Positions 38,741-51,104 of a stretch of DNA of 64,000 bases are shown in pieces. Source of the stretch: Mesoaciditogaceae bacterium. GTDB lineage: Bacteria > Thermotogota > Thermotogae > Mesoaciditogales > Mesoaciditogaceae. Numbering within the stretch: position 1 is the stretch's first letter; every line of letters begins with the position of its first letter. The DNA lies in the NCBI GenBank assembly GCA_031962125.1, contig JAVRKU010000003.1, positions 3,133-67,132 of the forward strand, in the 5' to 3' direction. The position numbers and the translations under genes are program-made. The notes below the pieces were generated by a model. It searched no databases. It saw nothing but the letters and a program-made list of their open reading frames with translations, and was not told the origin of the DNA.

Positions 38741-39730
38741 ATGGCAAGATTACTTTCTTCTGAACCACAGAGAGAAGATGAAGCTCTCGTATCTTTAAGG
38801 CCTACAACTCTTAAAGATTATATTGGACAGGAAAGAATAAAGTCGAGACTCGGGATAGCCATAAAAGCTTCGTCAATGCGTGGTGATGTTGTAGATCATG
38901 TACTCTTAGCCGGTCCTGCCGGCCTTGGAAAAACGACGTTAGCCATGATAATAGCCAATGAGGTGGGTGGAAAGCTTCACACGACGAGTGGTCCTGTTGT
39001 TGAAAGGCAGGGCGATCTTGCAGCAATTCTGACTTCACTTTCTCCAAAAGATGTACTTTTCATAGATGAGATACATAGGCTTCCACATTCTGTTGAAGAA
39101 GTTCTATATTCAGCGATGGAAGATTTTCAGTTAGATGTCATGGTCGGGAAGGGACCGGGTGCGAGAAGTGTAAGACTCTCGATAAGTCCTTTTACACTCG
39201 TTGGGGCGACAACAAGAAGTGGCCTTTTGACGGCACCACTGCGTAATAGATTCGGTATGATCCTCGAAATGGATTTTTACTCAATAGATGATCTCACAAC
39301 AATAGCAAGAAGAACGGCAGCTTTACTTGGAATAGGAATAGATGAAGAAAGCGCATTCGAGATAGCAAGAAGGGCACGCGGAACACCAAGAGTTGTCAAT
39401 CGCTTTGTTAAAAGAATAAGAGATTTTGCAACTGTTAGATCATCTCAGAAGGTGAATATAGGAATTGTTCATGAAACATTCGAATCTCTTCAGATAGACG
39501 ATAACGGTCTCGATGATATGGATCGAAAGATCCTTTTAAAGATCGCTCATGATTATAAGGGAGGTCCTGTTGGACTTAACGCTCTGGCCGCAAGTGTCGG
39601 CATAGAGGCCGAAACAATAAATGAGGTTTATGAGCCCTATCTTCTTCAGGGAGGGTTCGTGGCAAGAACTGCGAGGGGAAGGATGATAACTCAAAAGGGG
39701 TATTCAGCAATAGGTGAAGCTTTGATCTGA
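38741..39730 (+). CDS. ruvB: Holliday junction branch-migration helicase RuvB
   Basis: LRPTTLKDYIGQ, GPAGLGKTTLA, FIDEIHRL. Confidence 0.95.
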   Translation: MARLLSSEPQREDEALVSLRPTTLKDYIGQERIKSRLGIAIKASSMRGDVVDHVLLAGPAGLGKTTLAMIIANEVGGKLHTTSGPVVERQGDLAAILTSLSPKDVLFIDEIHRLPHSVEEVLYSAMEDFQLDVMVGKGPGARSVRLSISPFTLVGATTRSGLLTAPLRNRFGMILEMDFYSIDDLTTIARRTAALLGIGIDEESAFEIARRARGTPRVVNRFVKRIRDFATVRSSQKVNIGIVHETFESLQIDDNGLDDMDRKILLKIAHDYKGGPVGLNALAASVGIEAETINEVYEPYLLQGGFVARTARGRMITQKGYSAIGEALI

Positions 39731-39743
39731 AAGGACGTGTAGG

Positions 39744-40040
39744 ATGTTCATACTTGCAAACTTTATTTATGCGATCGCCGTCATTTTGAACATAGTTGTG
39801 ATCTTTTTCATGGTAGTACTTGTAATAGACGGACTTTTGAGTTTCGTGTTTCCTTACAATGTTCCTATAAGAAGAATTTTTGATGAAATATGTGAGCCCA
39901 TTCTCAGACCTTTTAGAAGATATGTTCATCCGTTCGGATATTTAGATTTTACTCCATTCATAGTTTTTTTGATACTGATCTTCATACAACTGTTTGCCGT
40001 TAACTCACTTTTCGATTTCAGTGTGGTGCTCAGAAGATGA
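39744..40040 (+). CDS. yggT: YggT family membrane protein
   Basis: ~98 aa with two TM helices and a central ...PILRPFRR... motif. Confidence 0.75.
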   Translation: MFILANFIYAIAVILNIVVIFFMVVLVIDGLLSFVFPYNVPIRRIFDEICEPILRPFRRYVHPFGYLDFTPFIVFLILIFIQLFAVNSLFDFSVVLRR

Positions 40041-40867
40041 CACTCAAAGACGTGGCGGTACTAAAAAATGAAAAGATCGATGACGCTATTGAGGCTTCAA
40101 AAAAACTGGAAGAGAAGATCAAAAAGCTGGGATTGAATCTTTTGCCTTCAGAAAAACTCAAAAAAGGCACTATAGTTTTCATCCTTGGGGGAGATGGAAC
40201 TGTTTTAAGAATGGCAAAGGCTCTCATGGATAAAGATGTTTTTTTGATCGGAATAAATTTTGGCCACCTCGGTTTTTTAAGTCCTTACGACTTCAAAGAT
40301 ATTGATGACGTGATAAAAAAAGTTTTAATAGATGAAAAGTTCACGATCGTAAATCGCCATCTCGCTAAAGTAAATGGAAAATTTGGAGAGAGATTTTTCT
40401 TCAACGAATTTGTCATTCAAAGAGACGTGCCTTCCCACATGATCGAGATAGAGGTAAAAATAGATGATTCAAAAATGGGAAATGTTAAATGTGATGGAAT
40501 GATAATCTCAACATCAACAGGATCGACGGCTTATAATCTCTCGGCGAACGGTCCTATAATAGATCCTTCATCCGATGTACTTTCAATAGTACCGATGATG
40601 GCTCATACCTTTTTCAAAGCTCCTGTTGTCGTTTCATCCCAAAGAACTGTGAGTTTGAAAATAAAACCGCGCGATGATGAAAGATATTTAGCCGTCTCCG
40701 ATGGAAATGTTATCGCAGATTATAAGGATATAGAGAAATTTGAGATTTCTTCTTCCGAGAAGGTGTTAAAATTTATTTGCACCATGGATCGTGACTTTTT
40801 CAAACTCGTACATCAAAAGTTAGGCTGGGGAGTAAGAAATGGCAATGAATACGGTTATGAATTCTAA
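40037..40867 (+). CDS. nadK: NAD kinase
   Basis: [16 protein letters not shown] and the [15 protein letters not shown] motif. Confidence 0.92.
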   Translation: MTLKDVAVLKNEKIDDAIEASKKLEEKIKKLGLNLLPSEKLKKGTIVFILGGDGTVLRMAKALMDKDVFLIGINFGHLGFLSPYDFKDIDDVIKKVLIDEKFTIVNRHLAKVNGKFGERFFFNEFVIQRDVPSHMIEIEVKIDDSKMGNVKCDGMIISTSTGSTAYNLSANGPIIDPSSDVLSIVPMMAHTFFKAPVVVSSQRTVSLKIKPRDDERYLAVSDGNVIADYKDIEKFEISSSEKVLKFICTMDRDFFKLVHQKLGWGVRNGNEYGYEF

Positions 40868-42554
40868 ATACGAATATTACGAAAAAACTTTTAATGCGAT
40901 GACCGAAGGTGTCATAATGGTTGATGCGAAAGCACATGTGATTTTTATAAACAGAGCTGCAAAAAAGATATTGCATTTACCTGATATTGATTACGTTGGT
41001 AAAGATGTGATTGATGTTGTACCCAATACACGGCTCCATATGATAATAAAAAATGGAAAATCCGAGATAGATCGTATTCAGGTCGCTGGTGATGTCAAAA
41101 TCATGACATCACGAATACCTATCTTCGATGCCAGCGGGAATGTGGATGGTGCTTTCGCCGTTTTCAGAGATATAACTGAAATACAACGAATGGCCGAAGA
41201 AGTAACTGATTTGAAGCATATCAGGCTTATGCTTGAAAAAATAATAGAATCTACGGATGATGCGATAAGTGTTGCAGATGCACAGGCAAATGTCATTATG
41301 GTAAACAGAGAATACACTAAATTAACCGGTTTTAATGAAAAGGATGTCATCGGTAAGCCGGCATCCATAGATATAGCAGAAGGAAAAAGCGTTCACATGA
41401 TAATAGCCAGAGAAAAAAGCCCTATATTGGGCCACAGATTAAAAGTCGGACCGATGAAAAAAGATGTCGTTGTTGACGCATCGCCTCTTTTTGTGGATGG
41501 CAAATTTGTTGGTAGTGTTGCTGTTGTTCATGATGTTTCAAAAATCATTTCTTTGAGTCATGAGCTTGAGGAGGCCAATAGAGTCATAAGAAAACTGAAT
41601 GCCAGATACACATTTGATGATATTATAGGTGCCGGTAAATCAATGCAAATAGCCATCACGCAGGCAAAAAAGGTCGCACCGACGAGAGCAACAGTTTTGC
41701 TTCGCGGAGAATCCGGAACTGGCAAAGAACTATTTGCTCATGCCATACACAACGCAAGTGACAGAAAAAATGATGCTTTTGTCAGTGTAAACTGCGCAGC
41801 CCTTCCGGAAGGTATTCTCGAATCTGAACTTTTTGGTTATGAAGAAGGTGCTTTCACGGGGGCAAAACGTGGCGGTAAAATCGGATTGCTTGAAGAAGCT
41901 AACGGGGGAACGCTCTTTTTAGATGAGATAGGGAAGATGGAAATAAGTGTTCAGTCGAGATTTTTGAGATTTTTGCAGGAAATGGAGATAATAAGGCTCG
42001 GCAGTACAAAGACGAAACACCTTGACGTAAGGATCATAGCTGCAACGAATATAAACCTTGAAGACATGGTCAAAAATGGAAAATTCATACCTGACCTCTA
42101 TTACAGGCTCAATGTTGTTCCCATATACATCCCTCCCTTACGTGAAAGAAGGGAAGATGTGGAATCTTTGGTGAAATATATAATCAGAAAATTGAATCAG
42201 GAATATGGAAGGAATGTAGAAGGAATATCCAAAGATGCATTGAATATTCTCGAAAAGCTTGCCTGGCCCGGTAATGTAAGAGAACTTGAAAATTTCATAG
42301 CCAGAGCGATGATAAATATGGATATCGGTGATAAAGAAATAAAACTTTCTTCGTTGCCTGCTTTGGGTTTATCAAAAAGTGTAGAGAAGATACCTTTTAA
42401 GGGGGATCTTAAATCTACGCTTGAAAATTACGAGCGCCAGTTGATAGAAGAAACTTTGAAGATCAACGGTGGAAACAGAAAAAAAACTGCTCAAACACTT
42501 GGAATAAGTCTCAGAACTCTTTTTTACAAGCTTGAAATTTACGAAATTAACTGA
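40839..42554 (+). CDS. Sigma-54-dependent transcriptional activator (PAS-PAS-AAA+-HTH)
   Basis: Two PAS-like segments. GESGTGKE Walker A, intact GAFTGA loop (EEGAFTGAK), and C-terminal Fis-type HTH ([15 protein letters not shown]). Overlaps nadK by 29 nt. Confidence 0.88.
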   Translation: MAMNTVMNSKYEYYEKTFNAMTEGVIMVDAKAHVIFINRAAKKILHLPDIDYVGKDVIDVVPNTRLHMIIKNGKSEIDRIQVAGDVKIMTSRIPIFDASGNVDGAFAVFRDITEIQRMAEEVTDLKHIRLMLEKIIESTDDAISVADAQANVIMVNREYTKLTGFNEKDVIGKPASIDIAEGKSVHMIIAREKSPILGHRLKVGPMKKDVVVDASPLFVDGKFVGSVAVVHDVSKIISLSHELEEANRVIRKLNARYTFDDIIGAGKSMQIAITQAKKVAPTRATVLLRGESGTGKELFAHAIHNASDRKNDAFVSVNCAALPEGILESELFGYEEGAFTGAKRGGKIGLLEEANGGTLFLDEIGKMEISVQSRFLRFLQEMEIIRLGSTKTKHLDVRIIAATNINLEDMVKNGKFIPDLYYRLNVVPIYIPPLRERREDVESLVKYIIRKLNQEYGRNVEGISKDALNILEKLAWPGNVRELENFIARAMINMDIGDKEIKLSSLPALGLSKSVEKIPFKGDLKSTLENYERQLIEETLKINGGNRKKTAQTLGISLRTLFYKLEIYEIN

Positions 42555-42566
42555 GGAGGCGGTTAC

Positions 42567-43820
42567 ATGAAAGATCTTTGGGAAGAAGTAAAAAGTGTAG
42601 ATCCAGAAATATATGATGTGATCCACAAAGAACTTAGCAGGCAGAGGAACGGCCTTGAGCTCATAGCTTCAGAAAATTTCGTTTCGAAGGCCGTCATGCA
42701 GGCAATGGGAAGTGTCCTGACCAACAAGTATGCCGAAGGGTACCCGGGTAAACGCTATTACGGCGGGTGTGAAATTGTAGATATCGCGGAGAACCTTGCA
42801 AGAGATAGAGCATGCGAACTCTTCGGATCGGATCACGCAAATGTTCAGCCACATGCTGGCTCACAGGCAAACATGGCCGCATACATGGCTCTTGCAGAGC
42901 CTGGAAGTGTTATGATGGGTCTTTCTCTAACGCAGGGAGGACACCTTACACATGGATCGCCCGTGAATTTTTCCGGACGCCTTTACAAATTTGTACCTTA
43001 CGGATTGAACATAGACAGCGAGACAATAGACTACGATAACGTAGAAAAAATTGCACTTGAAAGCAAACCAAAGATCATCGTAACTGGTGGAAGTGCTTAT
43101 CCGAGGATAATTGATTTCAAACGTTTCAGAGAAATAGCCGATGAGGTAGGCGCTTATTTAGTCGTTGACATGGCACATTTCGCAGGCCTTGTGGCCGCAA
43201 AGATACATCCAAATCCGGTCGAATACGCACACGTTGTAACATCAACGACTCATAAAACTTTAAGGGGGCCGAGAGGCGGTCTCATACTTTCAAAAGCCGA
43301 ATTTGCAAAGTCCATAGATAAAACGATCTTTCCAGGGATACAGGGTGGTCCTCTCATGCATGTTATAGCGGCAAAAGCCATTTGCTTCAAAGAGGCGATG
43401 ACAGATTCTTTCAAAGCATACCAAAGCCAGATAGCAAAGAACGCAAAAAAATTAGCGCAATCACTTTCTGACAGAAAGATAAGGATAGTGTCCGGAGGTA
43501 CGGATACACACCTCATGCTATTAGATCTGATTGATACGAATCTTACCGGAAAAGAAGTTGAGAATATACTTGGCGAAGTGGGAATTACCGTTAATAAGAA
43601 CACTATACCAAGAGAAATTAGACCGCCAACGGTGACGAGCGGGATAAGGATCGGAACGCCAGCTGTAACGACACGTGGAATGAAAGAACCACAGATGGAA
43701 GAAATAGCTGACATAATAGCTTCTGTCATTCATAACCCGGATGATCAAACAAAAAAGATCGCTAAAGAGAGAGTTGAAAAACTGGCAGGAGCATTCCCGC
43801 TTTACCCTGATATCTTTTGA
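42567..43820 (+). CDS. glyA: Serine hydroxymethyltransferase
   Basis: [17 protein letters not shown] and [12 protein letters not shown] (PLP Lys). Confidence 0.95.
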   Translation: MKDLWEEVKSVDPEIYDVIHKELSRQRNGLELIASENFVSKAVMQAMGSVLTNKYAEGYPGKRYYGGCEIVDIAENLARDRACELFGSDHANVQPHAGSQANMAAYMALAEPGSVMMGLSLTQGGHLTHGSPVNFSGRLYKFVPYGLNIDSETIDYDNVEKIALESKPKIIVTGGSAYPRIIDFKRFREIADEVGAYLVVDMAHFAGLVAAKIHPNPVEYAHVVTSTTHKTLRGPRGGLILSKAEFAKSIDKTIFPGIQGGPLMHVIAAKAICFKEAMTDSFKAYQSQIAKNAKKLAQSLSDRKIRIVSGGTDTHLMLLDLIDTNLTGKEVENILGEVGITVNKNTIPREIRPPTVTSGIRIGTPAVTTRGMKEPQMEEIADIIASVIHNPDDQTKKIAKERVEKLAGAFPLYPDIF

Positions 43821-43841
43821 TAAAAGTAAGGGGGTGGTACC

Positions 43842-44951
43842 GTGAAAGTTGTAGGATTGATCTTAGCTGGTGAAAAAGGCCAGAATCTTGGGAAACTAAC
43901 AAACAGAAGGGCGTCCGCTGCCGTCCCGGTCGGAGGAAAATACAGGGCCATTGATTTCACAATATCCAACATGGTGAGAGCCGGAGTCAAAAAAATAGGT
44001 GTACTGACCCAGTACAATCCGCGCAGTTTGATGGATCACCTTGGTTCTGGAAGGGAATGGGACCTTGATAGAAAAACCGGAGGTCTTTACATTCTTCAGC
44101 CTTATGTGAGCGAAACGAGCCAGCTCTGGTACAGAGGAACCGCCGACGCAATATATCAGAACATAACGGTGTTAAGACGCGGGGATGAAGATTACATACT
44201 TATAGGCTCCGGTGATCATGTTTACAACATAGATTTTTTACCTCTCTTTAAGAGTCATATGCTCTCCATGGCTGATATAACAATGATCACAAAAGCAAAA
44301 GCAGGGTACGATCCATCTTTCTACGGCGTTGTAAAAGTCGACGGGAATGGCAGAGTGATCGATTTCAAAGAAAAGGACAAAGAAGCTGAAGGCGATAGGA
44401 TAAATCTTGGAGTATATTTTGTGAACAAAAAATTGCTCATGGATTTACTTTATTCAAATGTTCCCAATAGTAAATATGATCTTGTGAGAGACATATTGAT
44501 TCCCAACGTGAATAACTTGAAGATCATGTCTTACAATTTTTCGGGTTACTGGAGAAACATAAAGAAATCAATTCTCGAGTACAAGAAAACAAATATGGAT
44601 ATGCTCGATCCAGAACTTTCTAAAGAACTTTTCTCTACCAGCAGCAAGATCTTTACAAAGTTAAAAGATCTTGCTCCTCCAAAGATAACATCGACCGGAT
44701 ATGTTAAACATTCGATAATAGCAGATGGATGCATAATTTCTGGCAGAATTTTAAACAGTGTGCTTTTCAGGAATGTTCAGATCAGGGCCGGTGCTATTGT
44801 TGAAGATTCGATAGTTATGGAAGGATCTGTAATAGAAGAAGGGGCAAAAATAGTAAACTGCATCTTAGATAAAAATGTCACGATCCGGACCGAAAGAAAG
44901 TATGTTGGATATGATGAACCCCTGGTCTTCGAAAAATGGCAGGTTGTTTGA
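43842..44951 (+). CDS. glgD: Glucose-1-phosphate adenylyltransferase, GlgD-type (non-catalytic) subunit
   Basis: NTP-transferase plus LbH fold, but the G-rich loop is degenerate (ILAGEKGQNLGKL instead of GGxGxRL). 369 aa. Precedes glgC here. Confidence 0.75.
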   Translation: MKVVGLILAGEKGQNLGKLTNRRASAAVPVGGKYRAIDFTISNMVRAGVKKIGVLTQYNPRSLMDHLGSGREWDLDRKTGGLYILQPYVSETSQLWYRGTADAIYQNITVLRRGDEDYILIGSGDHVYNIDFLPLFKSHMLSMADITMITKAKAGYDPSFYGVVKVDGNGRVIDFKEKDKEAEGDRINLGVYFVNKKLLMDLLYSNVPNSKYDLVRDILIPNVNNLKIMSYNFSGYWRNIKKSILEYKKTNMDMLDPELSKELFSTSSKIFTKLKDLAPPKITSTGYVKHSIIADGCIISGRILNSVLFRNVQIRAGAIVEDSIVMEGSVIEEGAKIVNCILDKNVTIRTERKYVGYDEPLVFEKWQVV

Positions 44952-44963
44952 GGAGGTTGAAAG

Positions 44964-46235
44964 ATGAGCGAAATCGTTGCGATGATTTTGGCTGGAGGGC
45001 AGGGCACAAGACTGGGAGTTTTAACGGAGAATGTTGTGAAGCCTGCAGTGCCTTTTGGCGGAAAGTACAGGATAATAGATTTTACGCTTTCAAATTGCAC
45101 GAATTCCTCCATATACACGATCGGTGTTTTGACGCAGTACAAGCCAAGAGTTTTGAGTACCCACCTTGGCATAGGAAGAGACTGGGATATGGATAGAAAA
45201 AATGGTGGCCTTTTTGTGCTTTCACCTTATGCAGCTTCTACCGAAGGTGAATGGTACAAAGGCACGGCACATGCAATTGCACAGAATATAGATTTCATAG
45301 ATCAATTCTCTCCGAAGTATGTGCTGATCCTTTCCGGTGATCATGTTTATGCAATGGATTACAACGAGATGCTCGACTTTCACATATCTAAAAATGCTGA
45401 GGCTACAATCGCATGTATTCGGGTACCAATATCCGAGGCGAATAGATTTGGAACTATAATAACAGATAACACTTACAGAGTGAAAGAATTTGAAGAAAAA
45501 CCATCAAATCCAAGATCACAACTTGCATCTATGGGAATATATTTTTTCAACTGGGATCTGCTCAGGCAAATGCTTGTAGAAGATTCAAAAGATCAGAATT
45601 CATCCCACGATTTTGGAAAGGACATAATACCAAGACTTGTCAACATGAATAAAAACTTTTATGCTTATGAATTCGAAGGCTACTGGCGCGACGTTGGAAC
45701 GATTGAGTCTTTCTGGGAATCAAATATTGATCTCACCAGGCCAATGCCGGCTTTGAACCTTTACGACGAGAACTGGAGATTTTACACTCACAGTGCTGAG
45801 ATGCCACCTGCTTTTTTCGCAGAAGATTGTGATGTGAACAATTCACTTATAAGCGAAGGTTGTGTTGTTCATGGAAAGATAGAAAATTCTGTGCTTTTTC
45901 AGGGAGTTCATACAGGATCCGGTACCTCTATAAAAAATTCTGTCGTGATGACAAATGTTGAAATAGGAAAGAACTGTATCCTTGAAAATGTGATAATCGG
46001 CGAAAATTCGATTATAAAGGATGGATCCCTCATTGGTATAGGCCCTGATCTTCCCAATGATGTTTACTCAAAGATTTACACTAATGGAATAAGTGTTGTG
46101 GGAGAAGGTGTCACCATTGGCCCTGGATCGAAAATTGGCAAAAACTGTTCAATTGAAAACTTTTTAAACATGGAGTTGCTTGGCGTCAAAGAAATAGAAA
46201 GTGGTAAAAATCTTAAAGGAAATAGCCTTGTTTGA
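44964..46235 (+). CDS. glgC: Glucose-1-phosphate adenylyltransferase, catalytic subunit
   Basis: [25 protein letters not shown] and GYWRDVGT motifs. C-terminal left-handed beta-helix. Confidence 0.92.
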   Translation: MSEIVAMILAGGQGTRLGVLTENVVKPAVPFGGKYRIIDFTLSNCTNSSIYTIGVLTQYKPRVLSTHLGIGRDWDMDRKNGGLFVLSPYAASTEGEWYKGTAHAIAQNIDFIDQFSPKYVLILSGDHVYAMDYNEMLDFHISKNAEATIACIRVPISEANRFGTIITDNTYRVKEFEEKPSNPRSQLASMGIYFFNWDLLRQMLVEDSKDQNSSHDFGKDIIPRLVNMNKNFYAYEFEGYWRDVGTIESFWESNIDLTRPMPALNLYDENWRFYTHSAEMPPAFFAEDCDVNNSLISEGCVVHGKIENSVLFQGVHTGSGTSIKNSVVMTNVEIGKNCILENVIIGENSIIKDGSLIGIGPDLPNDVYSKIYTNGISVVGEGVTIGPGSKIGKNCSIENFLNMELLGVKEIESGKNLKGNSLV

Positions 46236-46271
46236 GGGTATTTTTTATGATATAATTTTCCTGTTTTGAAG

Positions 46272-46347
46272 GCCAGCGTAGCTCAATTGGTAGAGCAACT
46301 CATTCGTAATGAGTAGGTTTAGGGTTCGAGTCCCTACGCTGGCTCCA
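46272..46347 (+). tRNA. tRNA-Thr (anticodon CGT)
   Basis: 76 nt, CCA encoded. Anticodon loop UUCGUAA, T-loop TTCGAGT. Confidence 0.9.
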
Positions 46348-46381
46348 ATTTTTAAACAGCTTTTTCGATTGGGGTGATTTT

Positions 46382-46702
46382 TTGATGAAATTTTTTCTCA
46401 TCAGTGATAACATAGATACCCAGATCGGTTTGAGATTAGCCGGTGTTAAAGGTGTTGTTGTTCACACTAAAGAGGAAATTTTACCTGTTATGGAAAGCTT
46501 AAGAAAACGAAAGGACATAGGTATTTTGCTTCTTACTGAAACGATAGCTGGATTGATCCCTGACGAAATAGATGAAATGAGAAAATCGAGATCTTTGCCC
46601 GTTGTAACAATAATACCTGACAGGCATGGAAGTAAAAGATCGAAAGATTTTATAACGCATTACGTGCAAGAAGCGATTGGGGTGAAACTGGATGAACGTT
46701 GA
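46382..46702 (+). CDS. atpF: V/A-type ATP synthase subunit F
   Basis: ~105 aa with GFRLAG-like motif (IGLRLAGV). Position before E/A/B/D. Confidence 0.8.
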   Translation: MMKFFLISDNIDTQIGLRLAGVKGVVVHTKEEILPVMESLRKRKDIGILLLTETIAGLIPDEIDEMRKSRSLPVVTIIPDRHGSKRSKDFITHYVQEAIGVKLDER

Positions 46703-47303
46703 AAAAAAATTGGAAGCGCTGAAAACTTATGTTAAAAACAGATCTGACGAGGATGCAGAATCCATAATAAAGGATGCTCAGAAAAAAGCAAAAGACATAA
46801 GTAAAGAATACGCTCAAAAAGCTGAAGATGAATATCTAAGAATAACGCAGGAAGCGAAAAAAGAATCTGATTATATGCAGCGTCAGGAAATGGCTCAGGC
46901 TGAATCCAAAAAATTCAAACTCATAATGGAAGGCCAGAAAGAAATTGCGGATGATGCTTTAGAACTGCTCAAAAAGAAACTCCTTGAAATTCCACAGAGT
47001 AAATCCTACGACAGTTTCCTCAGGTTTTCAACATCTGAAGCTATTAAAGCTCTCAACTCAACAAAGATCATACTTAAAGTAAGAAAAGCAGATAAAACTT
47101 TGATGATCAACATCATTGATACTTTAAAAAAAGAATTAAAGTGTGATATAGCACTGTCAGACGACGATGCCATGATTTCAGGTGGGGTTATCGCTGAGTC
47201 TGCTAATGGAAAAGAAATCGTAGAAAACACGATAGAAAGCAAATTTGAAGAATTACGAGCAGAATACCTGCGTGAATTATTTGCAAAATTAAAGGTTAGG
47301 TGA
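46692..47303 (+). CDS. atpE: V/A-type ATP synthase subunit E
   Basis: ~200 aa with a long charged N-terminal helix and a globular C-terminal domain (ISGGVI..S.NGKI-like). Confidence 0.78.
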   Translation: MNVEKKLEALKTYVKNRSDEDAESIIKDAQKKAKDISKEYAQKAEDEYLRITQEAKKESDYMQRQEMAQAESKKFKLIMEGQKEIADDALELLKKKLLEIPQSKSYDSFLRFSTSEAIKALNSTKIILKVRKADKTLMINIIDTLKKELKCDIALSDDDAMISGGVIAESANGKEIVENTIESKFEELRAEYLRELFAKLKVR

Positions 47304-49099
47304 TCGACATGACTGAAAAAAAGGGGCAGATATATTCCGTAAATGGTCCCGTTCTTAAAGCAAAAAAAATGACAGGTTTCATGATGCACGAGATGATCCT
47401 TGCCGGTCAGCTTAAGCTGACTGGAGAAATAATAGCTCTCGATGGTGATGATGCAACAATACAGGTTTATGAAGAAACGACCGGCATTAAACTTGGAGAA
47501 CCGATCTACGGAACAGGAGACTTGCTTTCCGTGACGCTTGGTCCGGGTCTGATAGGATCCGTTTTTGATGGCATACAGAGGCCTCTTAACGTGTTGAAAG
47601 ATCAATCCGGCGATTTTCTTCAAAGAGGTATCTTTGCCGATTCCATAAATATGAAAAAAACATGGGATGTTGAAATGGCAAAGATAAAAGATGGAGATAG
47701 GCTCGAAGGTGGTCAGATAATTGCAAATGTGAAGGAAACTCCGTCGGTTATCCACAGGATTATGGTGCCACCATACCTGTCCGGTAAGGCAAAAAATGTA
47801 AAGCAATCAGGCAAATACGATATAGATACAACCTTACTTGTACTCGAAAGTGATGACGGGGATCACGAAATAAAGCTTTATCAAAAATGGCCTGTAAGGA
47901 TACCGCGACCTTACAAAGAAAGACTTGCACCCAGAGAGCCTCTCGTTACCGGCATAAGAGTCATAGATACTTTCTTTTCCATAAGTAAAGGTGGGACGGC
48001 TGCCATACCTGGGGGATTTGGAACGGGTAAGACTGTTGTCCAGCACCAGCTTGCAAAATGGTCCGACGCCGATGTCATAATTTACATAGGATGTGGGGAA
48101 CGTGGAAATGAGATGACAGAAGTGCTCGAAGAATTTCCACAACTTATCGATCCGAGAAATGGCAGACCTTTGATGGAGAGGACAATTTTGATCGCTAACA
48201 CTTCTAATATGCCAGTTTCAGCCCGTGAAGCTTCCATATACACAGGCGTAACGATGGCCGAATTTTTCAGAGATATGGGATACAACGTTGCTTTGATGGC
48301 GGATTCGACATCGAGATGGGCTGAGGCTTTAAGAGAAATTTCAGGAAGGCTTGAAGAAATGCCGGCCGAAGAAGGTTTCCCTCCTTATCTTGCATCGAGA
48401 ATAGGTGAGTTTTACGAGCGCGCTGGAAGGGCAAAAGTGCTCGGTACGCCTGATAGAATAGGGTCGGTTTCTGTCATAGGGGCAGTTTCTCCTCCAGGGG
48501 GAGATTTTTCTGAACCTGTAACAACCGGTACAAAAAGATTTATAAGATGTTTCTGGGAATTAGACAGGCAACTTGCTAACGCAAGGCACCATCCTTCGAT
48601 AAATTGGCTTGACAGCTACAGCGAATACAATTCAGAGCTCAAAGACTGGTTAGCCAAAAATGTTGATGAACAGTTTACGAAAATGAGAGACAGGATGATG
48701 GGTATACTAACGGAAGACGACAATCTTCAGCAAATAATAAAACTCGTCGGTGAAGATGTTCTTCCTGACAACCAGAAACTCATAGTCAGAGTTGCAAACA
48801 TCATCAAAGTTGGGTATTTGCAGCAGGATGCCTTCAGTGATATCGACAGCAATTGCGCTTTGAAAAAGCAAGATGAGATGCTTAAGGTGATACTCATCTA
48901 TTACGATCGGGCTTACAAACTCATTTCAAAGGGTGTCGCTATTTCTGAAGTTCTTGAAGACTCGATAGTGAACTCTCTCATGAGGATGAAAGAAAATATT
49001 CCTAATGATAAGATCGATCAGTTTAAGGTACTGGAAAAACAGATTGATGATTTTTTTAATGCTCTTGATGAGAAATACGAAACAGTCAAGGAGGCGTGA
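47300..49099 (+). CDS. atpA: V/A-type ATP synthase catalytic subunit A
   Basis: GGFGTGKT Walker A, the non-homologous-region insertion typical of A subunits, PSINWL. 599 aa. Confidence 0.95.
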   Translation: MIDMTEKKGQIYSVNGPVLKAKKMTGFMMHEMILAGQLKLTGEIIALDGDDATIQVYEETTGIKLGEPIYGTGDLLSVTLGPGLIGSVFDGIQRPLNVLKDQSGDFLQRGIFADSINMKKTWDVEMAKIKDGDRLEGGQIIANVKETPSVIHRIMVPPYLSGKAKNVKQSGKYDIDTTLLVLESDDGDHEIKLYQKWPVRIPRPYKERLAPREPLVTGIRVIDTFFSISKGGTAAIPGGFGTGKTVVQHQLAKWSDADVIIYIGCGERGNEMTEVLEEFPQLIDPRNGRPLMERTILIANTSNMPVSAREASIYTGVTMAEFFRDMGYNVALMADSTSRWAEALREISGRLEEMPAEEGFPPYLASRIGEFYERAGRAKVLGTPDRIGSVSVIGAVSPPGGDFSEPVTTGTKRFIRCFWELDRQLANARHHPSINWLDSYSEYNSELKDWLAKNVDEQFTKMRDRMMGILTEDDNLQQIIKLVGEDVLPDNQKLIVRVANIIKVGYLQQDAFSDIDSNCALKKQDEMLKVILIYYDRAYKLISKGVAISEVLEDSIVNSLMRMKENIPNDKIDQFKVLEKQIDDFFNALDEKYETVKEA

Positions 49100-49102
49100 A
49101 AG

Positions 49103-50488
49103 ATGGCCATCAAAGAATACGTAGGACTTTCTAAGATAAATGGCCCTCTTATCTTCGTTGAAAATGTCAAAGATATAGGGTATAACGAAGTTGTTGAGGT
49201 GCTCGCCGGTAAAGAAAGAAGACTCGGTCAGGTTGTTCAAATAAACAACGATGTTGCGATGATACAGGTTTTTCAGGGTACAAACGGCCTGACCATTGAT
49301 GAGACAAAAGCGAGATTTCTCGGTAGATCTTTAATGGTAAAGGTATCGGATGAGATGCTCGGTAGAACTTTTAACGGTATAGGCCAGCCAATAGATGGTG
49401 GAGCCGATATAATGAACGGCGATTACAGGGATATAAATGGATCGCCTATAAACCCTATTTCAAGGATGTATCCAAGAAATTTCATTCAGACGGGTATTTC
49501 GGCGATAGATGCACTCATGACATTGATAAGAGGTCAGAAACTTCCGATATTTTCCGGAAATGGCCTTCCACATAACAGAATAGCGGTTCAAATAACGAAA
49601 CAGGCAAGACTCAAGGGAGAGGAAGTTGGAAATTTTGCCATTGTTTTCGCCGCTATGGGCATAAAACATGATGAGGCGAATTATATAAGAGAAAGCCTTG
49701 AAGAATCTGGAGCCATAAAGAATACGATAATTTTTTTGAACTTAGCGGATGATCCTGCAATAGAGAGGACGGCAACACCAAGAGTAGCTCTCACAGCTGC
49801 TGAATACCTTGCCTTTGACAAAAATATGCATGTGCTCGTTCTTCTAACGGATATGACCAATTACTGTGAAGCGCTTCGCGAGCTGGCCTCAGCTAGAGGA
49901 GAAGTGCCTTCAAGAAAAGGGTACCCAGGATATCTTTACAGTGACCTTGCTAGCATATACGAGAGGGCGGGCATGATAAAAGGCAGAAATGGTTCCATAA
50001 CACAGATACCAATACTGTCAATGCCAAATGATGACATAACCCATCCTATCCCTGATCTCACCGGATATATAACAGAGGGCCAGATAGTTTTGAGCAGAGA
50101 TCTGAACAGAAAGGCTATCTATCCTCCCATTGGTGTACTACAGTCTCTTTCAAGATTAATGAAGGATGGTATAGGAAAGGGGTATACCAGAGAAGATCAC
50201 CCTCACCTTTCAAGCCAGCTTTTCGCTTCTTACAGTAAAGTTCAAGAAGTTAAAGCTCTTGCATCGATAATAGGCGAGGAAGAACTTACCGAATCCGACA
50301 GAAGATACCTTAAATTTGGTGAAGCTTTTGAAAGTCAATTCGTTGCTCAGGGAGAAGATGAAGATAGATCGATAGAAGAAACACTCGATCTTGGATGGAA
50401 ACTTGTCGGGTATCTGCCAAAGAACGAACTCACGCGTGTGAGCGAGGTAGAAATCAAGTCTCATTACCAGGAGATCAAGGCGATATGA
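49103..50488 (+). CDS. atpB: V/A-type ATP synthase subunit B
   Basis: 461 aa, alpha/beta-family fold without a canonical P-loop. [17 protein letters not shown] and [18 protein letters not shown]. Confidence 0.95.
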   Translation: MAIKEYVGLSKINGPLIFVENVKDIGYNEVVEVLAGKERRLGQVVQINNDVAMIQVFQGTNGLTIDETKARFLGRSLMVKVSDEMLGRTFNGIGQPIDGGADIMNGDYRDINGSPINPISRMYPRNFIQTGISAIDALMTLIRGQKLPIFSGNGLPHNRIAVQITKQARLKGEEVGNFAIVFAAMGIKHDEANYIRESLEESGAIKNTIIFLNLADDPAIERTATPRVALTAAEYLAFDKNMHVLVLLTDMTNYCEALRELASARGEVPSRKGYPGYLYSDLASIYERAGMIKGRNGSITQIPILSMPNDDITHPIPDLTGYITEGQIVLSRDLNRKAIYPPIGVLQSLSRLMKDGIGKGYTREDHPHLSSQLFASYSKVQEVKALASIIGEEELTESDRRYLKFGEAFESQFVAQGEDEDRSIEETLDLGWKLVGYLPKNELTRVSEVEIKSHYQEIKAI

Positions 50489-50489
50489 G

Positions 50490-51104
50490 ATGGTGAGAGT
50501 TTCCCCTACGAAGAGTAAGCTCATAGAGACAAAAAGATCTCTATCACTTGCAAGAGAGGGTCATACTCTTCTTGATAAAAAAAGAAATGTACTTATCAGA
50601 GAACTGATGAAACTCATCGATGAGGCAAAAACAGTTCAAAATAAGACAGAAAAAATTTTCGTAGATGCATATGAGGCTTTGATGGAGGCAAATCTTTATT
50701 TTGGAATAGAAAATGTCGAAGAGATAAGCTTTGGTATAGATGAATTCAACGACCTTAATGTACGCTTGAGAAGTGTCATGGGCGTTGAAGTGCCTGAGAT
50801 ACCAGATATAGATGAAAAGATGAACATATCTTATGGTTCTACAAAAACCAATGAAAAGCTTGATGCAGCTCGAAAAGCTTTTGCTAATGTCCTAAATTTG
50901 ACGGCAAAACTTACGCAGATAGAAACGAGCGTTTATAGACTTGCAGTAGAAATAAAAAGAACGCAGCGAAGGGTTAATGCACTTGAGTATGTTTTAATAC
51001 CCCAATACGAGGAGACAGTCAAATTTATCGAATCTTATCTTGAAGAAAATGAGCGTGATGATTTCTTCAGAATGAAAAGATTAAAACAGAGGAGAGAATC
51101 TTGA
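50490..51104 (+). CDS. atpD: V/A-type ATP synthase subunit D (central stalk)
   Basis: ~200 aa coiled coil with an N-terminal PTKSxL...K pattern (SPTKSKLIETKRSL). Confidence 0.85.
   Translation: MVRVSPTKSKLIETKRSLSLAREGHTLLDKKRNVLIRELMKLIDEAKTVQNKTEKIFVDAYEALMEANLYFGIENVEEISFGIDEFNDLNVRLRSVMGVEVPEIPDIDEKMNISYGSTKTNEKLDAARKAFANVLNLTAKLTQIETSVYRLAVEIKRTQRRVNALEYVLIPQYEETVKFIESYLEENERDDFFRMKRLKQRRES

Noticed and set aside
43842-46235. glgD placed before glgC as something unusual
   Set aside because: This is only a gene-order variation of a well-known two-subunit ADP-glucose pyrophosphorylase. Both proteins look intact and the junction is normal.
47006-47806. 266-aa ORF on the minus strand, antisense to V-ATPase subunits E and A
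   Set aside because: It lies fully inside well-supported coding sequence on the other strand. Its translation is Phe/Ser/Cys/His-rich junk with no motif. Purine-rich sense strands (GAA/AAA/GAT codons) naturally leave stop-free antisense frames.
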